From the IMG/VR virus record IMGVR_UViG_3300023174_000064, positions 1-64,000 of that record: DNA of 64,000 nucleotides; one strand, written 5' to 3'. Below, one piece after another: positions 48,762 through 59,342 of this stretch. The notes below the pieces were generated by a model. That model was given only the letters and a program-made list of their open reading frames with translations. It was not told where the DNA came from and made no database searches. The DNA is from a virus. Both the position numbers and the translations under genes were made by a program. Every line of letters begins with the position of its first letter. Position 1 is the stretch's first letter.

Positions 48762-50006
48762 TTATCTGCTGACAGTTTTTCTTTCTTTAAACTTGGATTT
48801 AACAGCGTGTGCTGGAAAAAGAGCAGGTTTATGATCTTTTCTTTCGCTTTGCTTTTTGGCTTGTTCGTCCATCTGCCTAATAATTTCCATTTGATTAGTG
48901 TCTTCAAAGAACTTTAAGTACTGATTTAAATTGTTTTGTACCCGATCGATATCATTCTCTGGAAGACGATTTTCCATCAAAAGTTTCTTACAAGCAGCAT
49001 AACCCATATGGGCCTTTCCTGCGTAAAAAGCAGTCGAACCAATTTCGTCTAAAATTCCATATTTATAAACGTCCTCAGACACGAATAGGATATCTTCGGC
49101 TGGATATGGGATATCCATAGCCATCTTGGCGTATAAGAAACCTAGACGGGGATGACCCATCAGTCTGTAAATTTTAGCGATTTGGTGTAAAGGTTCAGCA
49201 CGAATTGGTCTGAGTTCCCAGGCTTCTAAAAATGCTTGTTGAATTTCTATCCATGGTTTATTTAAGAGACCACGGCACATACCAATACGATATGCTGCGT
49301 AATATTGTTCCTCTTCCCAACCACCCATCATTATTCGTTTTACGTAAGCTTGTTCTGCTTTTTCCCATTGTTGAGAATCAAAATAACTTTGAGCAAGATA
49401 GAACTGATAACGAATGTTATCTGGCTCGTCTACCAGAGCCTTTTCTAGCATTTCTGCGTCTCTTTTGTATTTTTCTACAGGTTCGATACCTACGTTACGG
49501 GCTCCCATTGTTCTAGCAACAATTCCGTATTGACCTTCAATTTTTGCAATTTTTGGTTGTTGGTTTTCAGTTGTTGGATATTCGTGAAGAATACCAACAT
49601 ACTTCCATCCGCGACCTGTTCGGAAGATTTGAGTTCTCCACCACGAGAAATCTTGACGACGGAACTGTAAAGCAAATGCGTCAAGTTCTTCTGAAATATT
49701 TGTTGGAAATTTAAATGTACCTTGAATAAAATCGTCAGCGTCAATCATCCACGCCCAATCAGCTTTACCATCACATAACTTTAAAGCTTCTGATCGATTA
49801 TGACCGAACGAAACCCACGGTTGTTCGTGTAGCTCTCCTGGAATACCCTTCTCTGCAAAATAAGACCGAATAAGATCTTGAGTGCCATCTGTTGATCCAG
49901 TATCAACAATTACCCAATAATCAATATACTTATGGACAGAATCCAGACACTCTTTAATAATGTGAGTTTCATTCTTTACGATCATTGACAGACATAATTT
50001 AGGCAT
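48762..50006 (-). CDS. GT2 glycosyltransferase with TPR repeats
   Basis: LSMIVKNE, VDTGSTDGT, IDADD, GILHEY, RYQFYLAQSY..TPRs; GGAG SD. Confidence 0.9.
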   Translation of the reverse strand: MPKLCLSMIVKNETHIIKECLDSVHKYIDYWVIVDTGSTDGTQDLIRSYFAEKGIPGELHEQPWVSFGHNRSEALKLCDGKADWAWMIDADDFIQGTFKFPTNISEELDAFALQFRRQDFSWWRTQIFRTGRGWKYVGILHEYPTTENQQPKIAKIEGQYGIVARTMGARNVGIEPVEKYKRDAEMLEKALVDEPDNIRYQFYLAQSYFDSQQWEKAEQAYVKRIMMGGWEEEQYYAAYRIGMCRGLLNKPWIEIQQAFLEAWELRPIRAEPLHQIAKIYRLMGHPRLGFLYAKMAMDIPYPAEDILFVSEDVYKYGILDEIGSTAFYAGKAHMGYAACKKLLMENRLPENDIDRVQNNLNQYLKFFEDTNQMEIIRQMDEQAKKQSERKDHKPALFPAHAVKSKFKERKTVSR

Positions 50007-50023
50007 AGTATAAATCTCCGTAC

Positions 50024-50959
50024 TTATTTATGTGCGCTTTGTAACCAATCTTTAAGTTGTACCTTACAATTCCATCCAAAATGTTGTTTTATCTTGCTGA
50101 TATCTGCCAAAGTTATTCTGGATTCTCCAATTCTTGGAGGAATGTTGATTCTGCTTCCACCAATCATATCAGCTATTTCATTCACTGAATGGTTAACTCC
50201 AGAACCTACATTATAAATTTGACCCCATTTCCAAATATTATATTCTATTTCATTGGTTATTAAATATTTTGGAGCTTGAAATTCTGCAGCAAGAATATTT
50301 GCTTGAACCACATCACTAACGTGAGTGAAATCTCTTCTTTGATTGCCATCACCAACAATAGTCATGGGTTCTCCTGCACTATTTTGTCTTAAAAAGATAC
50401 CAATAACAGGAGCGTATTGACCCTTCAATGGTTGTCGTTCACCGTAAACATTGAAATATCTAAAAATTACTGTTTCTAAACCAAATAAAGAAGAATACAT
50501 TTTACAAAATTCTTCTCCTCCGACTTTAGATACAGAGTATGGATTTAAACAATCATTAGACATGGTTTCTTTTAAAGGAGGAATATTCTTTAAACCATAC
50601 GCAGAAGAAGTAGAAGAGTACATGACCCTTTTTACACCAGCTTCTCTGGCGCACTGCAGCATTGTGCAAGTACCAACAACATTTGTTTTAGCTGCTTTAA
50701 TAGGATTTAAAATTGCTGGTTGAATTCTTGCTTCTGCAGCAAGGTGAAATACGTAATCTATCCCATCATATAATGGTCTAGTGGATTCGTAATCACATAC
50801 GTCTAATATATGATTATTTGTATCAGATCTCCAGTAAAAATGATCATGTACATCTGAAGATTCGTTATCAATTACGGTTACTTCGTAACCTTTTTTTACT
50901 AGCCCATCAACTAAATTTGATCCTATAAATCCAGCTCCACCAGTTACTAATGCTTTCAT
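50024..50959 (-). CDS. NAD-dependent nucleotide-sugar epimerase/dehydratase
   Basis: VTGGAGFIGS, HLAA, SSSAYG, YSVSK, RYFNVYG, RDFTHVSD. Confidence 0.93.
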   Translation of the reverse strand: MKALVTGGAGFIGSNLVDGLVKKGYEVTVIDNESSDVHDHFYWRSDTNNHILDVCDYESTRPLYDGIDYVFHLAAEARIQPAILNPIKAAKTNVVGTCTMLQCAREAGVKRVMYSSTSSAYGLKNIPPLKETMSNDCLNPYSVSKVGGEEFCKMYSSLFGLETVIFRYFNVYGERQPLKGQYAPVIGIFLRQNSAGEPMTIVGDGNQRRDFTHVSDVVQANILAAEFQAPKYLITNEIEYNIWKWGQIYNVGSGVNHSVNEIADMIGGSRINIPPRIGESRITLADISKIKQHFGWNCKVQLKDWLQSAHK

Positions 50960-52053
50960 TATATTAATTCCTTTTCAACTCTTGCTAAAGCAGATCCAAC
51001 CACTTGATGCATGTCGTAATATTTATAATCTGCTAATCGACCTCCCATAATATATTTGGCAGAATTTACTCTATCCTTATATGATTTATATAATTTATTA
51101 TTTTTTTCATCATTAATTGGATAAAATTTTTCTTTTCCTGGTGTCCATTGTTCTGGATATTCTTTTGTTATTATTGTTTTATTTTGTTTACCAAATATAA
51201 AATGCTTGTGCTCTATAATTCTTGTGTATGGTACTGTTTCTTGTGTGTGATTAATTGCAGCGTTTCCTTGATAATCTGGAATATCGTGTTGTTCGTGTTC
51301 AAACTTTAAACTTCTCCATTCTAAATGTCCTAAATCACAATTAAAAAATTCATCTATAGGACCAGTATAAACAATCTTTCTTGCTGTATTATCAAAGTGT
51401 TGCTTATTAGCAAGATAATCTGTATTTAAACGAACCTCTATTCCATCTAATAATTTTTCAAAAATTGCAGTATAACCGTCTTTTGGTATACCTTGATAAC
51501 AGTCTTCAAAATAATTATCATCCATTGTCAGGCGGATAGGCAATCGTTTTATTATTGATGCTGGTAAATCTTTTGGTTCTTTACCCCATTGTTTTTTGGT
51601 GTAACCGTATATAAATTTTTTGTATATCTCTTCACCTACTTGAGATAATATCCATTCTTCTAAATTTTTTGGATTATCATTTTTAATTTTTACTTGTTCC
51701 AGCTTTTGTTTTGCTTCTTCTGGAGTTTTTACTTCCCATAATTGGTATAAAGTAAAAAGATTTATTGGAAAAGAATATAAATTATCGTTGTCTACTTTTG
51801 GTCTATAAACAAAATGGTTAAATTCTGTCCAACGATTCATGTAATCCCACACACGCTTATTGCTGGTGTGAAAGATATGAGGACCGTATTCGTGTATGTC
51901 TATACCTTCTATCTTTTTAGTATAACAATTTCCACCTATATGATTTCTTTTGTCTATAACCAGACATTTAAAACCAACATCAGTCAGTTCTCTGGCAAAT
52001 ATTGCTCCAAATAATCCAGAACCAACTATGATATAATCATGATATTCTTTCAT
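50959..52053 (-). CDS. glf: UDP-galactopyranose mutase
   Basis: VGSGLFG, HIGGNCY, YGPHIFHT, YTKKQWG, RIIEHKHF, GRLADYKYYDMHQ. Confidence 0.95.
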   Translation of the reverse strand: MKEYHDYIIVGSGLFGAIFARELTDVGFKCLVIDKRNHIGGNCYTKKIEGIDIHEYGPHIFHTSNKRVWDYMNRWTEFNHFVYRPKVDNDNLYSFPINLFTLYQLWEVKTPEEAKQKLEQVKIKNDNPKNLEEWILSQVGEEIYKKFIYGYTKKQWGKEPKDLPASIIKRLPIRLTMDDNYFEDCYQGIPKDGYTAIFEKLLDGIEVRLNTDYLANKQHFDNTARKIVYTGPIDEFFNCDLGHLEWRSLKFEHEQHDIPDYQGNAAINHTQETVPYTRIIEHKHFIFGKQNKTIITKEYPEQWTPGKEKFYPINDEKNNKLYKSYKDRVNSAKYIMGGRLADYKYYDMHQVVGSALARVEKELI

Positions 52054-52104
52054 TAAATTTCTTTTATTAAACTAGTAATTTTTTAAATTTACTCATAACT
52101 ATAA

Positions 52105-53013
52105 TCATATTAAAAATCCACGTTCTATTAATTTTTTATTATTTAATTGAATTAATTTATCAAATTTACTGTTTGGCATTACTTTTTTATTTTTATTTGC
52201 ACTATTATGCCAATGCCAAGCAAAACAATCTAAAAACATATATTTGTCTGGGCAATCAATTTCAAACCACAATGCATCCCGTTGTTGACTCAATGGTTCA
52301 TCGATTATACTAATTAACCATTCTATATTAAAAAAAGAACCAGGTAAAATTGTATACTTGTATTTTTGATATACCCTAGCAAACATATCCTTTCCCCATA
52401 TAGTTGAACCACCACGAATAGGCATATTTGGTATTTCTTTAATTAGATACTGTGAAAATTCACTATTTTTCTTCAAAGAAAGAACTGTAGCACAAGCACC
52501 TTCAATTTCATAATCTACTGCCGAACCCCATTGATACATGTATTCTTGATCTAATAATGGTTTAAAATCTTTCAATAAAATAACATCCATATCAATCCAA
52601 ATCCCTCCATACTTATGGAGAGCAAGAATACGCAATAAATCACTTTGAAGATAGTGTAAATTGTCTTTGGCTAAAAGACGATCTAATTGACCTTCTAACA
52701 CTGTCCCTTTTGCTTCTTCTATTGGATCGTATATTTTAAATATAATTTGATCTTTGAATGGGGCCAGACATTCTAAATTTTCAATAGAATAATCCGACCA
52801 AAGTATTAAGTTTGTTTTTTGTAAATTTTGTGTAGCAAAATATGATTTGATGCACTCTAATTCTTTTTCTGTCTTTAATTCGCTATAAACATGAAAGTTT
52901 ACCTTTTCTTCGGGATAATCATAATCACTTTGATTTATATTTTTTAAATATTCATAACAATCTAGATAATTACGATATAAATTATAATGAGTTTCTTTTG
53001 AAATATTAATCAT
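52105..53013 (-). CDS. GT32/OCH1-like DXD glycosyltransferase
   Basis: SDLLRILALHKYGGIWIDMD, WG, HWH. Confidence 0.85.
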   Translation of the reverse strand: MINISKETHYNLYRNYLDCYEYLKNINQSDYDYPEEKVNFHVYSELKTEKELECIKSYFATQNLQKTNLILWSDYSIENLECLAPFKDQIIFKIYDPIEEAKGTVLEGQLDRLLAKDNLHYLQSDLLRILALHKYGGIWIDMDVILLKDFKPLLDQEYMYQWGSAVDYEIEGACATVLSLKKNSEFSQYLIKEIPNMPIRGGSTIWGKDMFARVYQKYKYTILPGSFFNIEWLISIIDEPLSQQRDALWFEIDCPDKYMFLDCFAWHWHNSANKNKKVMPNSKFDKLIQLNNKKLIERGFLI

Positions 53014-53852
53014 ATATTTTCCATTATTTGTATAATACTATTATCTTCTTCATCGTATATTAAATTAATAGATTCTGCTTGAGGAAAATCTCTAAAATGA
53101 AATATTCTAATTTTATTCTTATCAGCTGCCATCAAAGTATCGTCTGGTCTATTAATTTTATCAGATAGAAGTTTTACGTTTTCTTTGTGGTAATCTTCTG
53201 TTGTTCTAATATCACCAGAATGAACGCTCGTTCCTATACTGTCACATCTATTGGCTAATACACAGATTTTTGTTCTTCCCTTAAATTCTCCAGTTTTATT
53301 AAATCTAGTATTTTCCGACCATCTTTGATTGCTTTGCAGATAAACTGGAACATTTTTTATAAACTTTTTTGATGGTGGTGGTTTCATATCAAACGAGGGA
53401 ATTAAAAATCTATCATATTTTTTAAAATTAATATCTGATAATACTTGTTTTATATAGTCGTCATCACAAGGAACTAAATATTCATCAACATCTAAAAAAA
53501 ATACTATATGAATATCGTCTTCGGATTCAATTGTTTGTTTTGTATTCCATTCGTTTTTAATAAAATGTAAACCATTATTATAACTTCTGCATATTCTTTG
53601 ATATAGATCTTCATTGCATGCGTAATCATTTCCGCTATTATAATAAATGTTAGTTACCTGAGTTTTATCAGAACATATTAATGATACACTAGTATCAGTG
53701 GATATAATATCATTTACTATTTTTTTAGTATTGTCTATAGACAAATCATCATAAATTAAAATTCTGTCTATGCCTATTTTTTTATGATATTTAATCCAAT
53801 CCAGAATACGATGTTCTTCGTTATAAATTTGTGCTATCAAACAGGTTTTCAT
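53010..53852 (-). CDS. GT2-like/GT92-like glycosyltransferase
   Basis: NE..RILDWIKYH..IGIDR..IYDD.S.D, FLDVDEY, IFHF. Confidence 0.8.
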   Translation of the reverse strand: MKTCLIAQIYNEEHRILDWIKYHKKIGIDRILIYDDLSIDNTKKIVNDIISTDTSVSLICSDKTQVTNIYYNSGNDYACNEDLYQRICRSYNNGLHFIKNEWNTKQTIESEDDIHIVFFLDVDEYLVPCDDDYIKQVLSDINFKKYDRFLIPSFDMKPPPSKKFIKNVPVYLQSNQRWSENTRFNKTGEFKGRTKICVLANRCDSIGTSVHSGDIRTTEDYHKENVKLLSDKINRPDDTLMAADKNKIRIFHFRDFPQAESINLIYDEEDNSIIQIMENI

Positions 53853-54394
53853 TTTTTATAAATCCAACATCCTTCTTGTGAAGTGATATTATCAAGTAAT
53901 TCATGAACAGCTTTATTAACTCCAGTCCAACCATAATCATGACCTGCTAAATAACCATTTTTCTTTATTTTTGGTAACCAACATTTTATATCTTCAAGCA
54001 CACATTCATACGAATGACAAGCATCAATAAAAACTACGTCTAAAGATTCGTCTTCAAATTGTTTACTTGCTTCTGTTGAATCCATTCTTAATGGAGTGAC
54101 TGCTGTTATAACCGGTTTTATATTTTCCATGAAAACATCATATAAAGTATTGGTTTTGATATAATGATCGTTTTTATGTTCTTCTGAACCTAACCAAGTA
54201 TCAACTGCATAAAATTTAATATTTTTTGCAGAATTTATAATTTCTACAGCAAGATATGCTGTACTTTTTCCTTTCCAACAACCAACTTCAACAATAGTTG
54301 AATCATTAGGTAAAGAAGAAACAAAAAAAGAATATAATTGTGGGTATTCAAACCAATTTTCACCAAAATTTAAATTTTTATAAATGTGTTCCAT
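53849..54394 (-). CDS. Class I SAM methyltransferase (Methyltransf_24-like)
   Basis: VEVGCWKGKS, VDTW, FIDACHSYE, GHDY. Confidence 0.9.
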   Translation of the reverse strand: MEHIYKNLNFGENWFEYPQLYSFFVSSLPNDSTIVEVGCWKGKSTAYLAVEIINSAKNIKFYAVDTWLGSEEHKNDHYIKTNTLYDVFMENIKPVITAVTPLRMDSTEASKQFEDESLDVVFIDACHSYECVLEDIKCWLPKIKKNGYLAGHDYGWTGVNKAVHELLDNITSQEGCWIYKK

Positions 54395-54406
54395 ATTTTT
54401 CCTTAA

Positions 54407-55063
54407 TTAAATTTTCTTATTAATAAAAAGAGCATCACCGGCCAAATATGGGGTATATGGTTTATCTGTAGGATCTTCGTAATATTCTGCCATTTCAAAA
54501 CCAAATTCTCGTAAAACGGAAGATATATCTTGAAGTGTCGGACTACCAGGACGCCAATTTTTATCTATAACAACTTCAGTTATTATGTATTTTGTATTAT
54601 TTAATATTTTTTGATTCTTGAATGCTTCGTATTCTGCTCCTTCAATATCAGAGCAAATTAAATCTATTGTTTTAATATTTCTAATATCACATTCATAATC
54701 TAGTGTAGTGGTTTCTATTTGTTGCTTTATAGTTGGTAAATATTTGTGTTTGTAGATTGAAGAACTTCCTAATATTTCTGGACTATTTGAATCTATAGAC
54801 CAATAATCAACATGACCTCTGCTCGAATATAATGCTTTAGGAACAAATTCAATTTTTGTATTGTTTTTAAGTTTATTAATTTTTTCCTGACAAATAGATA
54901 TTAGCTGTGGATTACATTCAAAAGATATAAATGTATTTGGTTCATAATAAGAAATAATAGGTTCTATAAAAGAAGCATCATTAGTACCCAATTCAAAAAT
55001 AGTATTTATTTTTTCTTTTGAAATGTGTTTTGTAAATTGTTCAAATAAATATGGTATGTTCAC
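54407..55063 (-). CDS. FkbM-family methyltransferase
   Basis: FELGTN, FECNP, TTLD, DIEGAEY, GDALF. Confidence 0.85.
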   Translation of the reverse strand: MNIPYLFEQFTKHISKEKINTIFELGTNDASFIEPIISYYEPNTFISFECNPQLISICQEKINKLKNNTKIEFVPKALYSSRGHVDYWSIDSNSPEILGSSSIYKHKYLPTIKQQIETTTLDYECDIRNIKTIDLICSDIEGAEYEAFKNQKILNNTKYIITEVVIDKNWRPGSPTLQDISSVLREFGFEMAEYYEDPTDKPYTPYLAGDALFINKKI

Positions 55064-55076
55064 TTAAATTGATCCT

Positions 55077-55544
55077 TTATTGATTTTTAATTTTTGATAT
55101 AATATCACTGGTAGAAAAATTTTTTATTTTAGGAAAAAAAATTAACTCTTTTGTGAATTCTTTTCCTATTATGTTTTTGTTTTTATATTCTTCGCCTATT
55201 ACCATTTTTGATGGATTTAAATCCGATATAATATTTGCCAATTCTTCATCAGTGTCGTATACAAAAACTCCATCTACATATTTTAGAGAAAGAAGCATAG
55301 AAATTCTAGAAATTTCATCATTGATTGGTCTATCTTTTCCTTTGTTAGTTTTTACTCTAAAATCTGAATCTAAACCAACAAATACTAAACAATTTTGTAA
55401 ACTGTTACTATATTCTCTACACTTAGATAATAATTCTAAATGTCCTAAATGTAGGACATCATAACAACCATTAGTCCATACAACATCGGTATAATGTGGT
55501 AAAGGACTCCAATCGCCAGCTTGTCCATAATAATTAATGCTCAT
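55077..55544 (-). CDS. RfaE/HldE-type nucleotidyltransferase (heptose-1-P adenylyltransferase-like)
   Basis: TNGCYDVLHLGH, VGLDSD..V..NKG.DRPIN, STSDII. Confidence 0.85.
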   Translation of the reverse strand: MSINYYGQAGDWSPLPHYTDVVWTNGCYDVLHLGHLELLSKCREYSNSLQNCLVFVGLDSDFRVKTNKGKDRPINDEISRISMLLSLKYVDGVFVYDTDEELANIISDLNPSKMVIGEEYKNKNIIGKEFTKELIFFPKIKNFSTSDIISKIKNQ

Positions 55545-55553
55545 GATATACTT

Positions 55554-56390
55554 TTATATATTATTTATTTGAGTTTTCCACCACGATATTTTTAATTTAT
55601 TAAAATTAAATTTTGTAGTTTGCATTTCTTCATATTTCTTATATAAAAACTCTTCAGTTATTTCTGACCATTGTTCAATAAAAACAATAGGAAGATCTTT
55701 AAAAAATCTATATGCTGGTTCGTATCGTACGATTGGAATCGTTTTAGAATACAAAGCTTCCCACAATCTATGTGTATCAACTCCATTACCACGAGGACAA
55801 AGAATAAATTTATGTTGTACCATATCATGCAAAAAAGATGATATATTAGTTTTATCATTATTATCGGAACAAATATTAAACCAAGTTTCGCCTTTTTTCT
55901 TTTTATCTAAAAATGCATGAAATAATGGTTGCCTTTCTGGTGGATGTGTTTCTTGTCTAAAATTAACATACAATAAATTATTTCTTTTATTATTTGTGTT
56001 TATTTTTTTAATATCATTTATTTTTGTGGTTATATTACAATACGAATTAGCTATTCCTAATGGGATAGGTATTATATCAGGATGTTCGTAAGTACTATTA
56101 ATTGCATACCAATTTGAAACATTTGATGGTTTGTATTTTACAATATCAGCGTTTATTGCAATATCAGAATTATGTGTTATAACATTTATATTTGTATATT
56201 GTTTATTATTATTTAAAATATAAAATAATTCATTTAAAGCGTATTCAGTTTTTGAAAATATTGTTATATTTGATTTTAAATTTAAATTTATACTTTGATC
56301 AAATGCTGTTGGTTTGTAATAATAATCACAAATAGATTTAAACGTCTCTCCCGAAACAAAATCATCTAATATATCATTTTTAAAATTCAT
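55554..56390 (-). CDS. Exostosin (GT47)-like glycosyltransferase
   Basis: THNSD, PIPLG, KFILCPRGNGVDTHRLWEAL. Confidence 0.8.
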   Translation of the reverse strand: MNFKNDILDDFVSGETFKSICDYYYKPTAFDQSINLNLKSNITIFSKTEYALNELFYILNNNKQYTNINVITHNSDIAINADIVKYKPSNVSNWYAINSTYEHPDIIPIPLGIANSYCNITTKINDIKKINTNNKRNNLLYVNFRQETHPPERQPLFHAFLDKKKKGETWFNICSDNNDKTNISSFLHDMVQHKFILCPRGNGVDTHRLWEALYSKTIPIVRYEPAYRFFKDLPIVFIEQWSEITEEFLYKKYEEMQTTKFNFNKLKISWWKTQINNI

Positions 56391-56400
56391 ATAATTTGTT

Positions 56401-57072
56401 TTAATATAAAATTAATTTCCAGCTATTCTTTAATTTAAAAATTCCATTAGCTTTTCTAATATTATGAAATATACCAGATTTTACATTTAAAGATTGGGCT
56501 AAATGTATAAAAGAGCTGTCTATACAATGTACTTCTTGTGCTTCTTCAATTAGGCCACACCAATCTAATAAACAATCAGTTAATGGTGTAACAAATATTT
56601 TTTTAATATTATTATCAATCTTTAAATTAAATTTACAATCAGATCCTTCATTATGAATAAGAATAAAAGGTTCATTTTTTAAACCTAATTTATTTTTAAT
56701 TGTGTTTTCTCTTTTTACATTTCTATTTATTTTAAAATATTTCCATCTAATATCAAATGGTATTCCATTAGTTTCATAGAAAGAAACATCCCAATCATCT
56801 CTTGTTTTATGAAACCCAATAGAAATTATTTTATTACATTGTTTAATTTCTGGTAAACTATAAACGTCTTGATCATTGTTGACTTCTAGAGGCACTATTT
56901 TTGACTCATCATCATACATTTTTTTTACTGTAAAAATATTATTTTTTTTTGTTGGTAGATATAAAATATCTGGTTTTATTTGTTCGTTTATAAATCGAAC
57001 GAGGCCATTGCAAATTAAATGATCCCCTAAACCTAAATGATGATGGAGTAAAATGATATTTTTATTGTCCAT
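56401..57072 (-). CDS. GT-B, GT9 (heptosyltransferase)-like glycosyltransferase
   Basis: LGLGDH N-terminal motif and CIDSSFIHLA, resembling GT9 GD.../DS...HLA. Confidence 0.55.
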   Translation of the reverse strand: MDNKNIILLHHHLGLGDHLICNGLVRFINEQIKPDILYLPTKKNNIFTVKKMYDDESKIVPLEVNNDQDVYSLPEIKQCNKIISIGFHKTRDDWDVSFYETNGIPFDIRWKYFKINRNVKRENTIKNKLGLKNEPFILIHNEGSDCKFNLKIDNNIKKIFVTPLTDCLLDWCGLIEEAQEVHCIDSSFIHLAQSLNVKSGIFHNIRKANGIFKLKNSWKLILY

Positions 57073-57793
57073 ACCATTTATTATTAAATAATTTTATAGA
57101 GTTTATTTGATCTTTTGGTATGCTAAGATGTGCCAATAAATCGTTTCTCACAAATATCATGTTACCGGTATGACACACGCAGCTATATCCTTTATTGATT
57201 CCTACTTTTAAAGAATCCATAAAACTATAACCTTTAGATTTATTATCTTGTTCTGCTGGAGCTAAACCACTATTAATCTCTATTATTACAATTTTAGGGG
57301 ACAGTTTATGTTCTTCCCAAATTTCATGATCATAAGAATCTATGTCTATATTTAAAATATCATAATTTGATGAAAATTGTTTAACTTGAGCTAAGGATTC
57401 GTCTAATGTTTTTATTTCTGCATTAAAATAAAATATATCACAATTTTCATGCATCGCTTTACAACCAGCATAACCTGCATCAACTTTAGCTTTATCTGAT
57501 ATTGCAGTAAAATGATTTAAAGCTATTACATTTGGATATACTTGTGGTAGATCTTGTAGTGATAGGTATTTTGGTTCACATGCCCCACCAACTAAGGAAG
57601 GCTCAATCATAACAGCATGACATCCTTGATTAATAAGATGCCGTACGTTACTGTATGCGATACCATCGTATGCACCAACATCTACAACCCACATATCAGG
57701 AATATTTAATCCTAATTCCTTGATTAGTTGTTCTAAGATTCCGTCTTCACCATTTTGACTGTATTTATTTTTTATAAAAGTATAATAATGCAT
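57062..57793 (-). CDS. FkbM-like methyltransferase
   Basis: YSQNGEDGI, VDVGAYDG..SN, NIDIDS.D, TGNMIFVR. Confidence 0.8.
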   Translation of the reverse strand: MHYYTFIKNKYSQNGEDGILEQLIKELGLNIPDMWVVDVGAYDGIAYSNVRHLINQGCHAVMIEPSLVGGACEPKYLSLQDLPQVYPNVIALNHFTAISDKAKVDAGYAGCKAMHENCDIFYFNAEIKTLDESLAQVKQFSSNYDILNIDIDSYDHEIWEEHKLSPKIVIIEINSGLAPAEQDNKSKGYSFMDSLKVGINKGYSCVCHTGNMIFVRNDLLAHLSIPKDQINSIKLFNNKWYGQ

Positions 57794-58509
57794 TATATTA
57801 TCCACATATTTTCTGATTTAAACCACTCTATTTTTTGTTGAGTTCCTACACAAAAATTAGCATGAATTATTGTTTGTCCTAATCTTTCTTTTGGTCCATT
57901 ATTTGAAAAATATAAATGTCCATTTGTTGCAAATGTAGTTTCAAGTGTATTTAATTTTATATCACCTCTTGCTAAAATATGATTTAAAATTGCTTGATCA
58001 TGCCATTCACCAGAATCTGTTTTTATCTGTGCTAAATTATTTGCTATTTGTATAGCTTCTTGAAATAGTTGTTTTATTGTATTATTGTTTTTTAATAACA
58101 TTACTCCAGCACACCACCTTGATCCAACCGGTCTATCAGTTTGGCATATCATATCATGAGTATCGTTTTCAATTTGTTTTAATTTTTCTGTTGGGTCTTT
58201 TGCAAAAAATACATCAGAATCAATAAAAAATATATTTTCATTTATTTCATTTAAAGTGTCTAATATGCACTTCAATTTAATAAACATTATTAATTTAAAT
58301 TCTTGTGTTCCATAATCCCAATAATTTGATTTAAATTTATAAGACGTTTTTACAGTTACATTTTTTATATTTTTTTCTATAAAAAAATTTTCACTTTCAT
58401 CATCAAGACAAAACATAATCATTTCTTCGTCTGTAAATTTTCGAAGAGATAATATCATGTTGTATGACAATTCTAAAGAACCATTATTTGTAAAGGATAC
58501 ATATTTCAT
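57793..58509 (-). CDS. Nucleotide-diphospho-sugar transferase (GT77-like)
   Basis: FIDSDVFF..DP, CAG, HDQAILN, IHANF..G...K. Confidence 0.8.
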   Translation of the reverse strand: MKYVSFTNNGSLELSYNMILSLRKFTDEEMIMFCLDDESENFFIEKNIKNVTVKTSYKFKSNYWDYGTQEFKLIMFIKLKCILDTLNEINENIFFIDSDVFFAKDPTEKLKQIENDTHDMICQTDRPVGSRWCAGVMLLKNNNTIKQLFQEAIQIANNLAQIKTDSGEWHDQAILNHILARGDIKLNTLETTFATNGHLYFSNNGPKERLGQTIIHANFCVGTQQKIEWFKSENMWII

Positions 58510-58511
58510 AA

Positions 58512-59342
58512 TTAAGAACACTCGTTGAATATATTTATATACTTTTGTTTATCTATTTCAGTGATATATCTTTGTTTTCCAATATATTCATTATCATGAA
58601 ATATACCACAAGACGAACAACAATTTAAATGACAATGACCTTTACCATTCTCACCAAACCAGTGTGGATATTTTATTGGATCATTTTCTATACCACTATG
58701 CCATTCTGGAAATTTAATATTCCACCAACCTTGTCCTCTTAATCGTGGAATAGGAAATGGGTGTTTTATTTCATTTCTGTACATGTTGCCAAACCAATCA
58801 TCATGAACATAAGCTTTATCAATTATTCTTGGATAAATTTCTGATCGTAAAAATTTTTGATCTATTCCGTGATTATTATCGATTTCTTTTCTGGGATATT
58901 CTTGTATTAGATCCATCATTTCCGTTATTACGCCATTTCTGCATCCCCATGCGCCACCACAAATAGGCCAACCGTGTTGACAACAATCTCTTAGAATGTG
59001 AAAATCTTTATCACTATTTAACCATTCGTCTACTGCTGCTTTGTCGCGTATTGATAATCTAGAATCTGTATCTCTAGAAATCATAACATCCACGCTTGGA
59101 TCTGATGCTGGATAAAATCTCCAAAACATACCATTCCAGCTAACATCTTCATCCATCATAAACACTTCTGTATTTTTTCTGCCAGTTAATTCTTTTATTG
59201 CTATTTTTGGAACTGTTGGTGCAACATAATAACGACAAGTCCACCCTTCCCATTCTTTTTCTGCTATATCGGCATTTAAAATACCACCCATAATATAAAA
59301 TGGATTTTTACCCCACATAGAAAATGATATTACTTTTTTCAT
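58512..59342 (-). CDS. GT-A-like protein (KKVISFS.WG family)
   Basis: KKVISFSMWG, GMFWRF, SRDTDSR, FHILRD, GGAWG, DQ.FL. Confidence 0.7.
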   Translation of the reverse strand: MKKVISFSMWGKNPFYIMGGILNADIAEKEWEGWTCRYYVAPTVPKIAIKELTGRKNTEVFMMDEDVSWNGMFWRFYPASDPSVDVMISRDTDSRLSIRDKAAVDEWLNSDKDFHILRDCCQHGWPICGGAWGCRNGVITEMMDLIQEYPRKEIDNNHGIDQKFLRSEIYPRIIDKAYVHDDWFGNMYRNEIKHPFPIPRLRGQGWWNIKFPEWHSGIENDPIKYPHWFGENGKGHCHLNCCSSCGIFHDNEYIGKQRYITEIDKQKYINIFNECS